Positions 30,643 to 41,267 of a stretch of DNA of 64,000 bases are shown here, one piece after another. The stretch comes from an uncultured Coriobacteriia bacterium (GTDB lineage Bacteria > Actinomycetota > Coriobacteriia > Anaerosomatales > JAAXUF01), in contig CAWDNM010000008.1 in NCBI GenBank assembly GCA_963803785.1, positions 35,411 to 99,410 of the forward strand, written 5' to 3'. The stretch's first letter is position 1. Every line of letters begins with the position of its first letter. The translations under genes and the position numbers were made by a program. Below the pieces are notes generated by a model. That model worked only from the letters and a program-made list of their open reading frames with translations. It was not told the DNA's origin and made no database searches.

Positions 30643-32836
30643 GTGCTCATCATCCAGATCGCGGTGTGGGTCGCGATCGCGTTCGTCGCTTTCGTGGCGT
30701 TCTTGTGGCTCATCGGCTTCCGCGTCATCCGCAACGACCGCATCGCCATCGTCGAGAAGTGGTGGAGCCCGAAGGGCTCGCTCAAGGACGCGATCATCGC
30801 GCTCCACGGCGAGGCCGGCTACCAGCCCGACGTCTTGCGAGGCGGCATCCACTTCCGGACGCCGCTGATGTACCGCCTGCACGTCATGCCGCTCGTGACG
30901 ATCACGCAGGGCAAGATCGGCTACGTCTTCGCGCGTGACGGCGTGCCGCTGCCTCCGGGTCAGACGCTGGGCAAGGTCATACCGGGCAACACGTTCGAGG
31001 ACGTCAAGGCGTTCATCGAGGCGGGCGGCCAGCGCGGTCCCCAGCGCCAGATACTCCGAGAAGGCACGTACGCGTTCAACCTCGCGCAGTTCATCGTCAT
31101 CACCGAGGCGCAGATCTACTACCTGCCCATGGGCACGACCGCAGCAGGAGCAGGGCACCATCCAGATGATGGCCCAGCACCTCACCGCGGTTGATGGGTT
31201 CAACCCGATCGTCATCAAGGGTGCCGACGACAAGACCGGCATCATGACCGTCAACGACGGGCCCTCGCTGCCGATGGGCGACATCATCGCGCCCAACGTT
31301 GGCGACCAGCAGGGCGATCCGAACTACCACAACAACTTCCAGGACCCCGAGGCGTTCCTTGCCGGAGGCGGCTTCCGCGGTCGGCAGTACCAGGTGCTCA
31401 CCGAAGGCACGTACTTCGTGAACCGACTGTTTGCCACCGTCGAGCTCATCAACAAGATCGTCGTACCCGTGGGCTACGCAGGCGTCGTGGTCTCCTACTA
31501 CGGGCCGAAGGGTGTGGACACCTCCGGCGAGGAGTATCGCCACGGCGAACTGGTGGCGATGGGCAACCGCGGCGTGTGGAGTGAGTCGCTCATGCCGGGC
31601 AAGTACGCCTTCAACACCTATGCGGGCTCGATCAGCATGGTCCCGACCACCAACATCATCCTGAAGTGGATACTTGGGCAAAGCGGCGACCACAACTACG
31701 ATGAGAATCTTGCCGAGGTCAGCCTGATCACGAAGGACGCGTTCGAGCCGTCGCTGCCGCTTTCGGTGGTCATTCACATCGACTACAAGAAGGCGCCGCT
31801 CGTCATTCAGCGTTTTGGCGACATCAAGATGCTCGTGAACCAGACCCTCGACCCGATGGTCTCGGCGTACTTCAAGAACATCGGTCAGACCATGACGCTC
31901 ATCGAACTCCTCCAGAAGCGCGCAGAGATCCAAGCTCGTTCGAGCGAGGAAATGAAGGCGAAGTTCGAGCACTACAACCTCGAACTCGAGGAGGTGCTCA
32001 TCGGCACGCCACACTCGCCGGCCGGCGACGACAAGATCGAGCAGATCCTGATGCAGCTGCGTGACCGGCAGGTCGCGGTCGAGAAGCTCGAGACCTACGA
32101 GAAGCAGCGGATCGCGGCGGACAAGGAGCGCGAACTCAAGGAAGCCACCGCTGTCGCCGAGCAGCAGACGATGCTCACGCAGTCCGAGATCAACATCAAG
32201 ATCCAGGAGAACTCCGGCCGAGCAGAACTGCAGCGAGCCACGCAGGACGCCGAGCGGGTCAAGACGCTTGCTGCGGCCGACGCGGAGCGCGTCAAGCTGC
32301 TGGCCGCGGGCGATGCCACGAAGGTCAAGCTCATCGCCGAGGCCGACGCGACCCGGGTCAAACTCATCGCCGACGCCGACGCTCAGAAGGAAGCGCGCGT
32401 CGGTATCGGTAAGGCGATCGCGATCGAGGAGCAGGTCCGCGCATACGGCGGGCCGCAGCTGCAGCTCATCCAGGAGGTCATGGGCAAGCTGGCGACCGCT
32501 ATCGAGATCGCGAAGATCCCGATCGTCCCGTCGACCTACGTGCAGATGGGCGGGGGAGCCGAGGGCGAGGGCGACGGGGGCGGAGCGAATGCGTTCAACC
32601 TGCTCATGACGCTGCTGTCCACGGAGAAGCTTCAGGCTACCGGCGCACCGGCAGCGGTCGATCCGGACCAGGCGGAATCCGTTCGTGCGATCAAGTCGGC
32701 GATTCGGGAGCAGATGACAGCGGAGGCCAACATCAAGCCGACGCCGAAACCCGCTGCGCCCAAGCCCGAACCAGCGAAGCGCCAAGAGCCCAAGCCGGCC
32801 TCTGACACGCCGAGCACGGAGGAGCCCAAGCCCTAG
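30643..32836 (+). CDS. flotillin-like SPFH/Band-7 protein with two SPFH-like segments, long coiled-coil and Pro/Lys-rich C-terminus (~730 aa); one apparent frameshift ~31150
   Basis: GTG 30643 after GAGGGGGAGA gives VLIIQIAVWVAIAFVAFVAFLWLIGFRVIRNDRIAIVEKWWSPKGSLK (TM + SPFH). The second frame 30935..32836 carries flotillin-type coiled-coil repeats ...AEQQTMLTQSEINIKIQENSGRAELQRATQDAERVKTLAAADAERVKLLAAGDATKVKLIAEADATRVKLIADADAQKEARVG... and the tail ...KPTPKPAAPKPEPAKRQEPKPASDTPSTEEPKP*. Confidence 0.75.
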
Positions 32837-32850
32837 CCCGTGCCTATACT

Positions 32851-33765
32851 GTGCCTGTGAAGACCTACATCACCGAGTACCTCGGGTATCTGTCAGTGGA
32901 ACGCGGCGCATCGCAGCACACGATTGCTGCGTACGGGCGTGACCTCGCCGAGTACGACGCGTTCCTCTCGGCGCGAGGTATCGCGGGACCAGACGAGCTG
33001 AGCCGAACGGACGTGACTGCGTTCGTTGCCTCCCTGTGGGAGCGTGGTCTGGCGCCATCATCGGTGGAGCGCAAGGTCGCAGCCATCAAGGGCTTCCACA
33101 AGTTCCTCGTTCGCGAAGGCATCACGGAGAATCACCCCACGGCGAGGCTGCCACTCCCCAAGGTCCCGGAGCGTTTGCCCGATGTGGTCTCGATCGACGA
33201 TATCGACCGGCTGCTCGGACAACCGTTTCCGGACGGCCCGGCGGGGCTGCGAGACCGAGCGATGCTCGAGACGCTCTACGGCTGCGGGCTGCGGGTGAGC
33301 GAGCTGACCGGTCTCGATCTGACCGACCTGGACCTGGGCGAGGGCTTCTTGCGTGTGTTCGGCAAGGGCGGCAAGGAGCGCATGGTGCCCGTCGCGGGAC
33401 TGGCGCAGCACGCGCTGCAGGCGTACGTGACGCACGGTCGCCCGTACCTCCGTCCGAAGGGGTCGCTTCGTGGGCTCGACGCATCGGCCGTGTTCCTCAA
33501 CATGCGCGGAGCTCGGCTTTCTCGGCAGGGGGTCTTCGGCATCGTGAAGTCCTACGGTGCCCGGGTGGGGCTGGAGGCACTGCACCCGCATACGCTGCGA
33601 CACTCGTTCGCGACGCACCTCCTTGAGGGCGGAGCCGACCTTCGCGCGCTCCAGGAGATGCTCGGGCATGCAGATATTTCGACGACTCAGGTCTATACGC
33701 ACGTAGATAGACGCCATATTCGGGAAGAATACTTATCGACGCACCCTCGCGCTCGTATGCGGTGA
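32851..33765 (+). CDS. xerD: site-specific tyrosine recombinase XerD (chromosome dimer resolution), intact
   Basis: GTG 32851 gives MPVKTYITEYLGYLSVERGASQHTIAAYGRDL.... Catalytic residues lie in ...LRHSFATHLLEGGADLRALQEMLGHADISTTQVYTHV.... It sits in the conserved position after pyrG as in actinobacteria. No flanking repeats or mobile-element genes. Confidence 0.9.
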   Translation: MPVKTYITEYLGYLSVERGASQHTIAAYGRDLAEYDAFLSARGIAGPDELSRTDVTAFVASLWERGLAPSSVERKVAAIKGFHKFLVREGITENHPTARLPLPKVPERLPDVVSIDDIDRLLGQPFPDGPAGLRDRAMLETLYGCGLRVSELTGLDLTDLDLGEGFLRVFGKGGKERMVPVAGLAQHALQAYVTHGRPYLRPKGSLRGLDASAVFLNMRGARLSRQGVFGIVKSYGARVGLEALHPHTLRHSFATHLLEGGADLRALQEMLGHADISTTQVYTHVDRRHIREEYLSTHPRARMR

Positions 33766-33870
33766 TTCCGGTTGCGCAGCGTGAGGGACAATACAGGGGA
33801 CGGCCAACTCGAACTGGTTGGTCTAGAATGAATCGAAGGCACGTCCCCCAAATAGAGGAGGGAGATCTCC

Positions 33871-34939
33871 GTGAGATCGAAGTGGGTCAAGTACGTAGCG
33901 GCAGTGCTCGCGGTAGGGCTGCTCGGGGCACTCGTCGCTGGCTGTGCGCAGCAAACGCCGAGCGACACCCGCACCGGCAGAGGAGCCGAAGACGGCAGTC
34001 AAGGCCGCCATGGTCACCGACATCGGCGGTCTGGGCGACAAGTCGTTCAACGACCTGTCCAACGCAGGCCTCGAGCGCGCCAAGAGCGAACTCGGTGTCG
34101 AGACCAAGGTTCTCGAGTCCAAGGCTCCGACGGACTACGAGAGCAACCTGACGCAGCTCGCGAGCGCCGGGTACAGCCCGATCTTCGCGGTCGGCTTCCT
34201 CATGACCGACACGGTCGCGAAGGTCTCGACCGCGACGCCCGGAGGTCATCTATCGGCGGCGTCGACGAGTTCTTCGATCCGACGATCCCGAACGTCGTGG
34301 GTCTGAACTTCAAGGAGCAGGAGGCCGGCTATCTCGCTGGCGTTCTCGCCGGCCTCGCTGACCACCAAGACCGACGTCGATCCGCGGATCAACGACAAGA
34401 AGGTCCTCGGCTTCGTCGGCGGCATGGAGATTCCGCCGGTCCAGAAGTTCGGCATCGGCTTCGAGGCAGGCGCGAAGTCGGTCGACCCGGACGTGGTCGT
34501 CAAGACGATCTACACCGGCACGTTCACCGATGCACAGAAGGGCAATGAGGCCGCGAAGGCGCTCATGGGCCAGGGCGCGGACATCATCTTCGCCGCCGCC
34601 GGCCAGACCGGCCTCGGCAGCGCGAAGGCCGCCCAGGACGGCAAGGCGCTGTTCATCGGCGTCGACGCCGACCAGTACGAGACGATTCCGGGCATCGGCG
34701 ACACCATCGTCACGTCCGCCATCAAGCGGGTCGACAACGCCGTGTTCGAGACGGTCAAGCTGGCTGTCGACGGAACGCTCAAGGGCGGAGAGAACAAGCT
34801 GTTCGGTATCGCCGAGGACGGCGTCGGTCTCGCGCCGTACCACGATTGGGAAGCCAAGATGCCGGCCGACGTCAAGGCCGCGGTCGACAAGGCCACTGCC
34901 GACGTGAAGGCCGGTACGGTCACGGTGCCCGGGCTGTAG
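33871..34939 (+). CDS. BMP-family (PnrA/Med-like) ABC transporter substrate-binding lipoprotein; 3 apparent frameshifts
   Basis: GTG 33871 after GAGGAGGGAG gives MRSKWVKYVAAVLAVGLLGALVAGCAQ (lipobox). Fragments read ...AAMVTDIGGLGDKSFNDLSNAGLERAKSELGVE... and ...IFAAAGQTGLGSAKAAQDGKALFIGVDADQYE.... Stop at 34939. Confidence 0.75.
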
Positions 34940-35022
34940 GCTCGTGCGGTATCGTGTGATCAGGTAGGACCAGCAGGGGCGGTCGGCCGAGCCGGCCGCC
35001 CCTGACACGCGAGGGAGCGTCC

Positions 35023-36648
35023 ATGGCTGACGACAGCGCTGTGGTGATGGGTGGCAGGCCACGATCGACTGGCGAGCGCCGACGCCCATCCTGCGGCTCG
35101 ACCACATCACGAAGCGATTCCCCGGCGTCTTGGCCGACGATGACGTGTCGCTCGACGTCAACGCCGGCGAGGTGGTTGCACTTCTCGGAGAGAACGGTGC
35201 CGGGAAGTCGACGCTGATGAACGTCGCGTACGGCCTGCTCGGAGCCGACGGCGGCAGCATTCTCGTTGACGGCGAACGTCGTCGAGATCAAGAGGCCCGC
35301 GACAGGCCATCGGTCTCGGCATCGGCATGGTGCACCAGCACTTCATGCTCGTCGAGACGCTGACGGTCACCGAGAACATCGTCCTCGGTGTGGAGCCGAC
35401 GAAGTTCGGCGTCATCGACAGGGTCGCCGCGCGCGCCGAGGTCGTCGACGATATCCGAGCGCTACGGGCTCAAGGTCGATCCAGACTCGCTCGTCCAGGA
35501 TCTCTCGGTTGGCATGCAGCAGCGCGTCGAGATCCTCAAGGCGCTGTTCCGCAAGGCGCGCGTGCTCATTCTCGACGAGCCAACGGCGGTGCTCACCCCG
35601 CAGGAGGTCAACGAGCTCTTCGAGATCGTCCGCCAACTCGTCGACTCGGGACTCGCGGTCGTGATCATCACCCACAAGCTCAACGAGGTCATGGCGTTCG
35701 CGGACCGTATCGTCGTCATGCGCGCCGGTCGGCTCGTGGGGGAGACCACGCCGAGCCAGACCGACGAGACCGGGCTCGCCAAGATGATGGTCGGCCGCGA
35801 GGTCGTGCTCAGGGTCGACAAGCAGCCATCCGCGCCGGGCGATGTCGTGCTGAGCGTCAAGGACCTGCAGGTGCTCGACGATCGGAAGCTCGAGGCCGTG
35901 CGCGGCGTGTCGTTCGACGTGCACGAGGGCGAGATCGTCGGTATCGCCGGAGTCGACGGCAACGGGCAGAGCCAGATCGTCGAGGCCATCATGGGGCTGC
36001 GGCGCCCGTCGTCGGGCACCGTGTCGCTCAAGGGCAAGGACATCACGCACGCCGATCCGGCCGACACCATCGACGCGGGCGTGTCCCACATCCCGGCCGA
36101 TCGGCAGCGCCGTGGGCTCGTCCTCGAATTCGACCTCGTCGAGAACATCGCGCTCGGCGATCACCGGAAGCCACCGTTGGCCAAGCACGGGATTCTCGAC
36201 CGCAAGGCCATGGGCGACGTCGCGCGGGAGCGCATCTCCGCCTTCGACATCCGGACGCCGAGCGAGTCGGTCAACGCCGCGAACCTCTCGGGCGGAAACC
36301 AGCAGAAGGTCGTCGTGGCGCGCGAGCTCGGGACGGAACCCCGAACTCCTCATCGCCGCGCAGCCGACCAGAGGGCTCGACGTCGGGGCCATCGAGTTCG
36401 TGCACCGACAGATCCTCAACGAGCGGGACGCACGCAAGGGCGTGCTGCTCGTCAGCATGGAGCTCGAGGAGGTCCTCTCGCTTTCAGACCGCATCCTCGT
36501 CATCTTCGGGGGCCAGATCGTCGCCGAGTTCGCCGGCGGGTCTGTCACCGAGGAGGAGCTCGGTGTCTACATGACCGGCGGCGGCCAAGGCAAGCCAGAC
36601 GCCGCAGGTCCGACCGAGCCTGGGCAGGCAGGGAGGACGCATGTCTGA
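35023..36648 (+). CDS. ABC transporter ATP-binding protein with duplicated NBDs (sugar/nucleoside uptake type); 4 apparent frameshifts
   Basis: ATG 35023. NBD1 reads ...[18 protein letters not shown]...[15 protein letters not shown]...[13 protein letters not shown]2 reads ...[19 protein letters not shown]...[15 protein letters not shown]...[15 protein letters not shown].... Stop at 36648. Confidence 0.8.
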
Positions 36649-37818
36649 CGAGAGGAACGGCAGCCTGCCGGATTCAAGCGCACCGCTACGTCGCACAGAG
36701 ACTCCCGAGGAGATCGCCGAGCGGCGATTCACCGCCGAGCGGCAGCGGCAGAACCGCATCATCAAGATACTCACGCCGTTCATCTCGGTGGCGATCGCGA
36801 TCTTCTTCGGCTCACTGCTCGTGCTGGCGTCGGGCAAGGATCCCGTGCTCGCGTTCTCGGCGCTGTTCGAAGGGGCCTTCGGTTCGCAGCGGGCGATCGG
36901 CGAGACGCTGCTCCGGTCCACGCCGCTGATGTTCACGGGCCTCGCGCTCGCCTACGGCTTCCGTGCGGGCCTGTTCAACATCGGCGCCGAGGGCCAGCTC
37001 TTCCTCGGTGGTCTGGCGGCGGCGTTCGTGGGAGTCAAGGTGGGCGGGCTGCCCTGGATCGTCGCGGTTCCGACGATTCTGATCGCAGCGGGACTCGCCG
37101 GCGCGGCGTGGGCGTTCATTCCGGCGCTCATGAAGGCGCGCATCGGCGCCAACGAGGTCATCACCACGATGATGTTCAGCTACATCGGCAGGTACTTCGT
37201 CTCGTTCATGGTGGTCGGCGCGCTGGCCGACGGAAGCGGCATCCCTCAGACGGCGCAACTGCCACCGAACTCGATGCTGCCTCGGCTCAACACGTTCATC
37301 CCCGGCCTGATGCCGACGCGGGTGCATGCGGGCATCTTCATCGCGCTTGCGATGGCCATCGTGGTGTGGGCGGTGCTCAAGTACACCTCGATGGGTTACG
37401 AGGCTCGAGCGGTCGGCTTCAACCCGTCCGCGTCGCAGGCAGGCGGCGTGTCAGTTCAGGCGACGATCATCAAGTCCCTGTGTATCTCGGGCGCGCTTGG
37501 CGGGTCTTGCCGGCGCCGCCGAGGTCATGGGCGTCTACGGTCGCCTCTTCGACTCGTTCTCCAGCGGGCTTGGGCTTCACGGGCATCGCGGTCGCTCTGC
37601 TCGCCAAGAGCAACCCGCTCGGAGTGATTGCAGCGGCGCTGCTCTTCGGCGCGCTCGAGGCGGGCGCGGGAACCATGCAGCTCGAGGCGGACGTGTCTCA
37701 GCAGCTCGTACTGATCATCCAGGCGATCATCATCTTCCTGATTGCCGCCGAGTCGATTGTGCCCTGGGTCGTCGAACGCGTCCGCAAGCGGAGGGAGGTG
37801 GCTTCCGTTGCTGGCTGA
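36641..37818 (+). CDS. ABC transporter permease (BMP/ribose-type, TM); one apparent frameshift ~37500
   Basis: ATG 36641 overlaps the ATPase stop and gives [15 protein letters not shown]...ILTPFISVAIAIFFGSLLVLASGKDPVLAFSALFEGAFGSQRAIGETL.... Multiple TM segments follow. Confidence 0.75.
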
Positions 37819-38812
37819 GATCTTCACTCCGGACCTCTTTGCCGCCGCGGTTCGCCTCGCGACTCCCATCGCACTCGCAGCCATGGGCGCGGCGATCTGC
37901 GAGCGCTCAGGCATCGTCAACATCGCGATGGAAGGGCTCATGCTCATCGGGGCATTCGGGGCGGTCATGGGCGCGCTGCTCACGGGCAACATCTGGATAG
38001 GCTTCTTCGCCGGGCTGCTGGCCTCGTGCCTGTTCGCGTCCCTGCACGCATTCGCATCGATCAACCTTCGGTCCGATCAGGTCGTATCGGGCACGGCGAT
38101 CAACATCCTGGCGGTCGGGCTCACGGGCTTCCTCGTGAAGATGATGTTCGGACGCCCCGGCACGGTCGGCCTGAACGACAATGTGCTCGCCGCCAAGGTG
38201 ATGGGCCGTCCTGTGGCCACGGTTCAGTCGGTCAAGCCCGTGTTCGACTTCCCGCACGGTGGCCCCGGTGTTCTCGGCACCATCTGGACCTGGATCGACA
38301 CGATCCTGCTCAGCTTCACGCCGATCGTCTACGTGGGCATCTTCTCGGCGATCTTCCTGACGTGGGCCCTGTTCCGTACTCGGTGGGGCCTGAGGCTGCG
38401 GTCGCTCGGTGAGCATCCGAGAGCCTCCGACACGGTGGGCATCAGCGTGACCCGCGGTCGATGGCTCGCGGTGGTCATCTCGGGCCTGATGGCGGGGCTC
38501 GCGGGCGCGAACCTCGGTCTGGAGCAGGTGGGCGGGTTCGTCGACACGATGACGAACGGCCGCGGCTTCATCGCGCTGGCCGCCAACATCTTCGGCCGTT
38601 GGATCCCGGGCGGCGGCTACCTCGCGTCGCTGCTTTTCGGGTTCGCCGATGCGCTCCAGCTCAAGTTGCAGATATTCAGCGACGTCATCAAGATCCCGCC
38701 GCAGTTCTTCCTCATGCTGCCCTACATCCTGACAGTCATCGTGCTGGCAGGCGTGGTGGGCAAGGCGGTCGCTCCGGCGGCACTCGGCAAGCCCTACAAG
38801 TCCAAGGGCTAG
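37808..38812 (+). CDS. ABC transporter permease (second TM subunit), intact
   Basis: TTG 37808 gives LLAEIFTPDLFAAAVRLATPIALAAMGAAICERSGIVNIAMEGLMLIGAF.... It ends ...GKPYKSKG* at 38812 and overlaps the 3' end of the previous permease. Confidence 0.75.
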   Translation: MLAEIFTPDLFAAAVRLATPIALAAMGAAICERSGIVNIAMEGLMLIGAFGAVMGALLTGNIWIGFFAGLLASCLFASLHAFASINLRSDQVVSGTAINILAVGLTGFLVKMMFGRPGTVGLNDNVLAAKVMGRPVATVQSVKPVFDFPHGGPGVLGTIWTWIDTILLSFTPIVYVGIFSAIFLTWALFRTRWGLRLRSLGEHPRASDTVGISVTRGRWLAVVISGLMAGLAGANLGLEQVGGFVDTMTNGRGFIALAANIFGRWIPGGGYLASLLFGFADALQLKLQIFSDVIKIPPQFFLMLPYILTVIVLAGVVGKAVAPAALGKPYKSKG

Positions 38813-38835
38813 CCGAGAACTCGCAGACGCGATCC

Positions 38836-38865
38836 GGACCCCGAGCCCGTCAGGACTCGGGGTCC
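38836..38865. terminator. bidirectional terminator-like hairpin between convergent genes
   Basis: ggaccccgag-cccgtcagga-ctcggggtcc forms a 10-bp perfect stem. It lies between the 3' end of the permease gene and the 3' end of the minus-strand ORF. Confidence 0.4.
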
Positions 38866-39095
38866 GGTGCTTCGTCAGCCTCGTTCTGCGAATCAAGCGC
38901 GTCTCGGCGCTTGTCGTCGCGTCGTAGCCAGCCGACAAGGACGAGCACGACCAACAGGCTGATGAGCACGACCGCGTCGCCCGGCAGGTCCGGTGTGAAG
39001 TCGAACCCCCTGCTGACCGACCTTACGGCGTAAGCAGCCACGACGATCGCCAACGCGGCCCAGAGGGGCATCCGGAATCGTGGTCTGGGCAACAC
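38850..39095 (-). CDS. small hypothetical membrane protein (81 aa)
   Basis: Minus ORF MLPRPRFRMPLWAALAIVVAAYAVRSVSRGFDFTPDLPGDAVVLISLLVVLVLVGWL... has two predicted TM helices. No recognisable family. Its 3' end overlaps the hairpin. Confidence 0.3.
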   Translation of the reverse strand: MLPRPRFRMPLWAALAIVVAAYAVRSVSRGFDFTPDLPGDAVVLISLLVVLVLVGWLRRDDKRRDALDSQNEADEAPDPES

Positions 39096-39120
39096 GGCGT
39101 TCCCGCTTTCTGTTGTCGGG

Positions 39121-40166
39121 CTACTGTTCGCGTGTCTCGGCGGGTGTTTCGCTGCCGTCCGCGGTCTGCGAGGTGTCTGCGACCGGCGTTGCTTCCGCCC
39201 GGCGCTTGCGACGGCGCACCACGATCGCGCGAATCGCGAAGAACAGCAGCACGCCCAGCAGGATCACCGGCGAGAAGGCGAGGAGCATCGTGATCAGGCC
39301 CCGCACGACTGCTGCAGCCGCGCGCACGCCATCACGAATCGCTTCCGAGAAGCCCCAGCCGCCTGCCGCGGGCGACACGAGCGCGCCCGGCTGTGACAGC
39401 GAGACCGTGAGCGTGGCCAGTGCTGCCTGGTTCTCCAGGTAGGTGATCTGGGCCTGCATCGATTCGATCTCACCGCGAACACGGGCGAGCTCCTGCTCGA
39501 TGGCGAGCATCTCGGAGACGCGCTTGGCCTTGAGGAAGAAGGTCCGCAGCCTCGATCTCCTCGGCCTGCAGGTTCTTCAGGCGCGCCTTCATGTCGACGT
39601 GTTGCTGCGTGACGTCGTCTTGCGACGACGTCTGCGAGATCACGCGGCCCAGTTGCGCGATGTCGCTCTCGGCGGCCGCGAGCTTCTCGGAGGGTATGCG
39701 CAGCGTGATCGTCGCGCCGCCCGGGGTGGGTCCCACGTACTGTTCGGAGGAACCGTCGAGAGGCTGGGGAACAGGCACGGGCTCGCTTCCGGCGTTCATC
39801 GACAGGTTCGCGATGGAGGCGCCGTACTTGGTGGCGAGTCCGCGTATGGCGGCGATACTCTCGTCGAGATTCTTCACCTCGACCTGTATGCCCGCCGTGC
39901 TGATGACGAGCGTGTCCACCGAGGTGCGTTCGGGCGCCTGGGCCGAGTCAACCGATGCTCCGGAAACCGCGTACCCTTCGGTCGCAGGTGCGTCCGACTT
40001 CACGGTCTCCTGCGGAACCATCGGCGCCACAGCGCCCCCGCGACACGGCGCCGCTTTCCCTTGCAGCGTTCATGCCGCCGCATCCGACCGCGAGCGATGC
40101 AGCAAAGAGCAGGGTGATGCCGAGCCACCGAATCGCCGTCCGTGAACCTGCACCCATCGTGACCAC
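39121..40166 (-). CDS. DUF4349-like secreted lipoprotein with C-terminal TM anchor; 2 apparent frameshifts
   Basis: Minus-strand fragments: 39948..40166 (MVTMGAGSRTAIRWLGITLLFAASLAVGCGG, lipobox), 39470..40030 (...ITLRIPSEKLAAAESDIAQLGRVISQTSSQDDVTQQHVDMKARLKNLQAEE...), 39121..39510 (MLAIEQELARVRGEIESMQAQITYLENQAALATLTVSL...VILLGVLLFFAIRAIVVRRRKRR). Confidence 0.4.
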
Positions 40167-40256
40167 CTCCGTTGACCTGCCTGCAGACCCGAGAAGACGA
40201 AAACGCCCTACCGCCAGCGAGCGGAAGGGCGTTCGGCAAGCAGCAAGCGTGGGGGT

Positions 40257-40409
40257 CTAGGACTCCAGAGAGGCCTTCTCCTCGCTTCTGCCCTCAGCCT
40301 TCTTGAGCGCACTCGCTGCGTAGGCACCGAGCCCGATGCCGATGAACGCCAGCGCGAAGAACGCTGCAAGCAGAACGAAGACCACAGACGCGGGCCAGTT
40401 TGGAGTCAT
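40257..40409 (-). CDS. possible small membrane protein (50 aa), below the ORF-track size cutoff
   Basis: Minus-strand ATG at 40409 gives MTPNWPASVVFVLLAAFFALAFIGIGLGAYAASALKKAEGRSEEKASLES* with a single hydrophobic helix. A hairpin aacgccct...agggcgtt lies downstream on the minus strand (40204-40236). Confidence 0.25.
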   Translation of the reverse strand: MTPNWPASVVFVLLAAFFALAFIGIGLGAYAASALKKAEGRSEEKASLES

Positions 40410-40683
40410 ACGCCCGTTCACCTCCGAGTTGCCGATACGAGTCGTCCCGATTCTACGCGTACCTGCGGTCGCTCGGCAAACCCGGGTGTTTGCGGGGCTT
40501 TCTCACGCTATGCAGCTATCAGAGTCGAACGCGATCTGTCCGCACTTCCACTCAGACGCCGGAGCGAAGCCAAGGGTTCGTGTTCCGAAGAATTCCCTTC
40601 GGGGCGGCGTGCCCGAAAGGGTCGGCTGCCGCGTCCGAGCCGCGGTGTGACGCAACCTACCGGTAGGGGATTGCGTGTCGCCA

Positions 40684-40750
40684 TGTGGGTACTGGTGTGA
40701 CAAATGCCCATGAAAGTGTTGCGTGGTGGGATGAAGTGTCATAGTATGCA
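40684..40750 (+). promoter_or_regulatory. candidate mraZ promoter with MraZ-box-like TGGG direct repeats
   Basis: atgTGGGtactggtgtgac ...(41 bp)... gtggTGGGatgaagtgtcaTAGTATgca. Two GTGGG/TGGG boxes sit upstream of a TAGTAT -10-like hexamer, ~75 nt before the mraZ ATG. This resembles MraZ autoregulatory repeats known in other bacteria. Confidence 0.4.
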
Positions 40751-40823
40751 GTCAAGCGGAGGGGGCGGCAGCGCACGAGCGCGCAGTCCTTGGGCGAGAG
40801 AGGCGAAGGGGGGCGACACACGG

Positions 40824-41265
40824 ATGTTTCTCGGCGAGTACCAGCACACGCTGGACGCCAAGGGTCGTGTCTCGCTGCCGCAAGCGCTTCCGCGACGAGC
40901 TCTGACGGGCACCGTCGTCGTCGCCAAGGGCTTCGACCGTTGCCTCTACGTCTACGGCTTCTCTGAGTACGAGGAGTTCGTGAAGGGCCTCCTGGACCAG
41001 GACCTTGATCCTGCGAACAGAGAGTTGCGCCGGTTCTTCACCGCAGGCGCGGTTCCCGTCGAGGTCGACTCCGCAGGACGAATCATCGCTCTCGCCGACC
41101 GCTGCGCGAGTACGCGCGTCTGAAGAAGGACGTCGCGGTCACCGGCAACGCCAGTCGCATTGAGATCTGGGATGCCGAGCGCTTGGGCGTCCTACAGCAG
41201 GCGACGACCGAGGACACGATCGAGGACCTCGCGCGAGGACTGGCCGCTACCGGCCCGTCTCTAAG
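40824..41265 (+). CDS. mraZ: transcriptional regulator MraZ; 1-2 apparent frameshifts, 3' end approximate
   Basis: ATG 40824 gives MFLGEYQHTLDAKGRVSLPQALPRRALTGTVVVAKGFDRCLYVY.... The second frame reads ...LREYARLKKDVAVTGNASRIEIWDAERLGVLQQATTEDTIEDLARGL. Confidence 0.75.
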
Positions 41266-41267
41266 GC

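Noticed and set aside
32851-33765. XerD tyrosine recombinase as a possible integrase or mobile-element marker
   Set aside because: It is full length with XerD-type motifs, and sits in the conserved pyrG...xerD housekeeping position. No direct repeats, att-like sequences, phage or transposase genes or tRNA targets flank it.
33790-33825. Hairpin ggccaactcgaactggttggtc after xerD as terminator or riboswitch element
   Set aside because: The stem has a mismatch and is only 7 bp, with no U-tract. It could just as well be part of the promoter region of the BMP lipoprotein gene, so it was not called.
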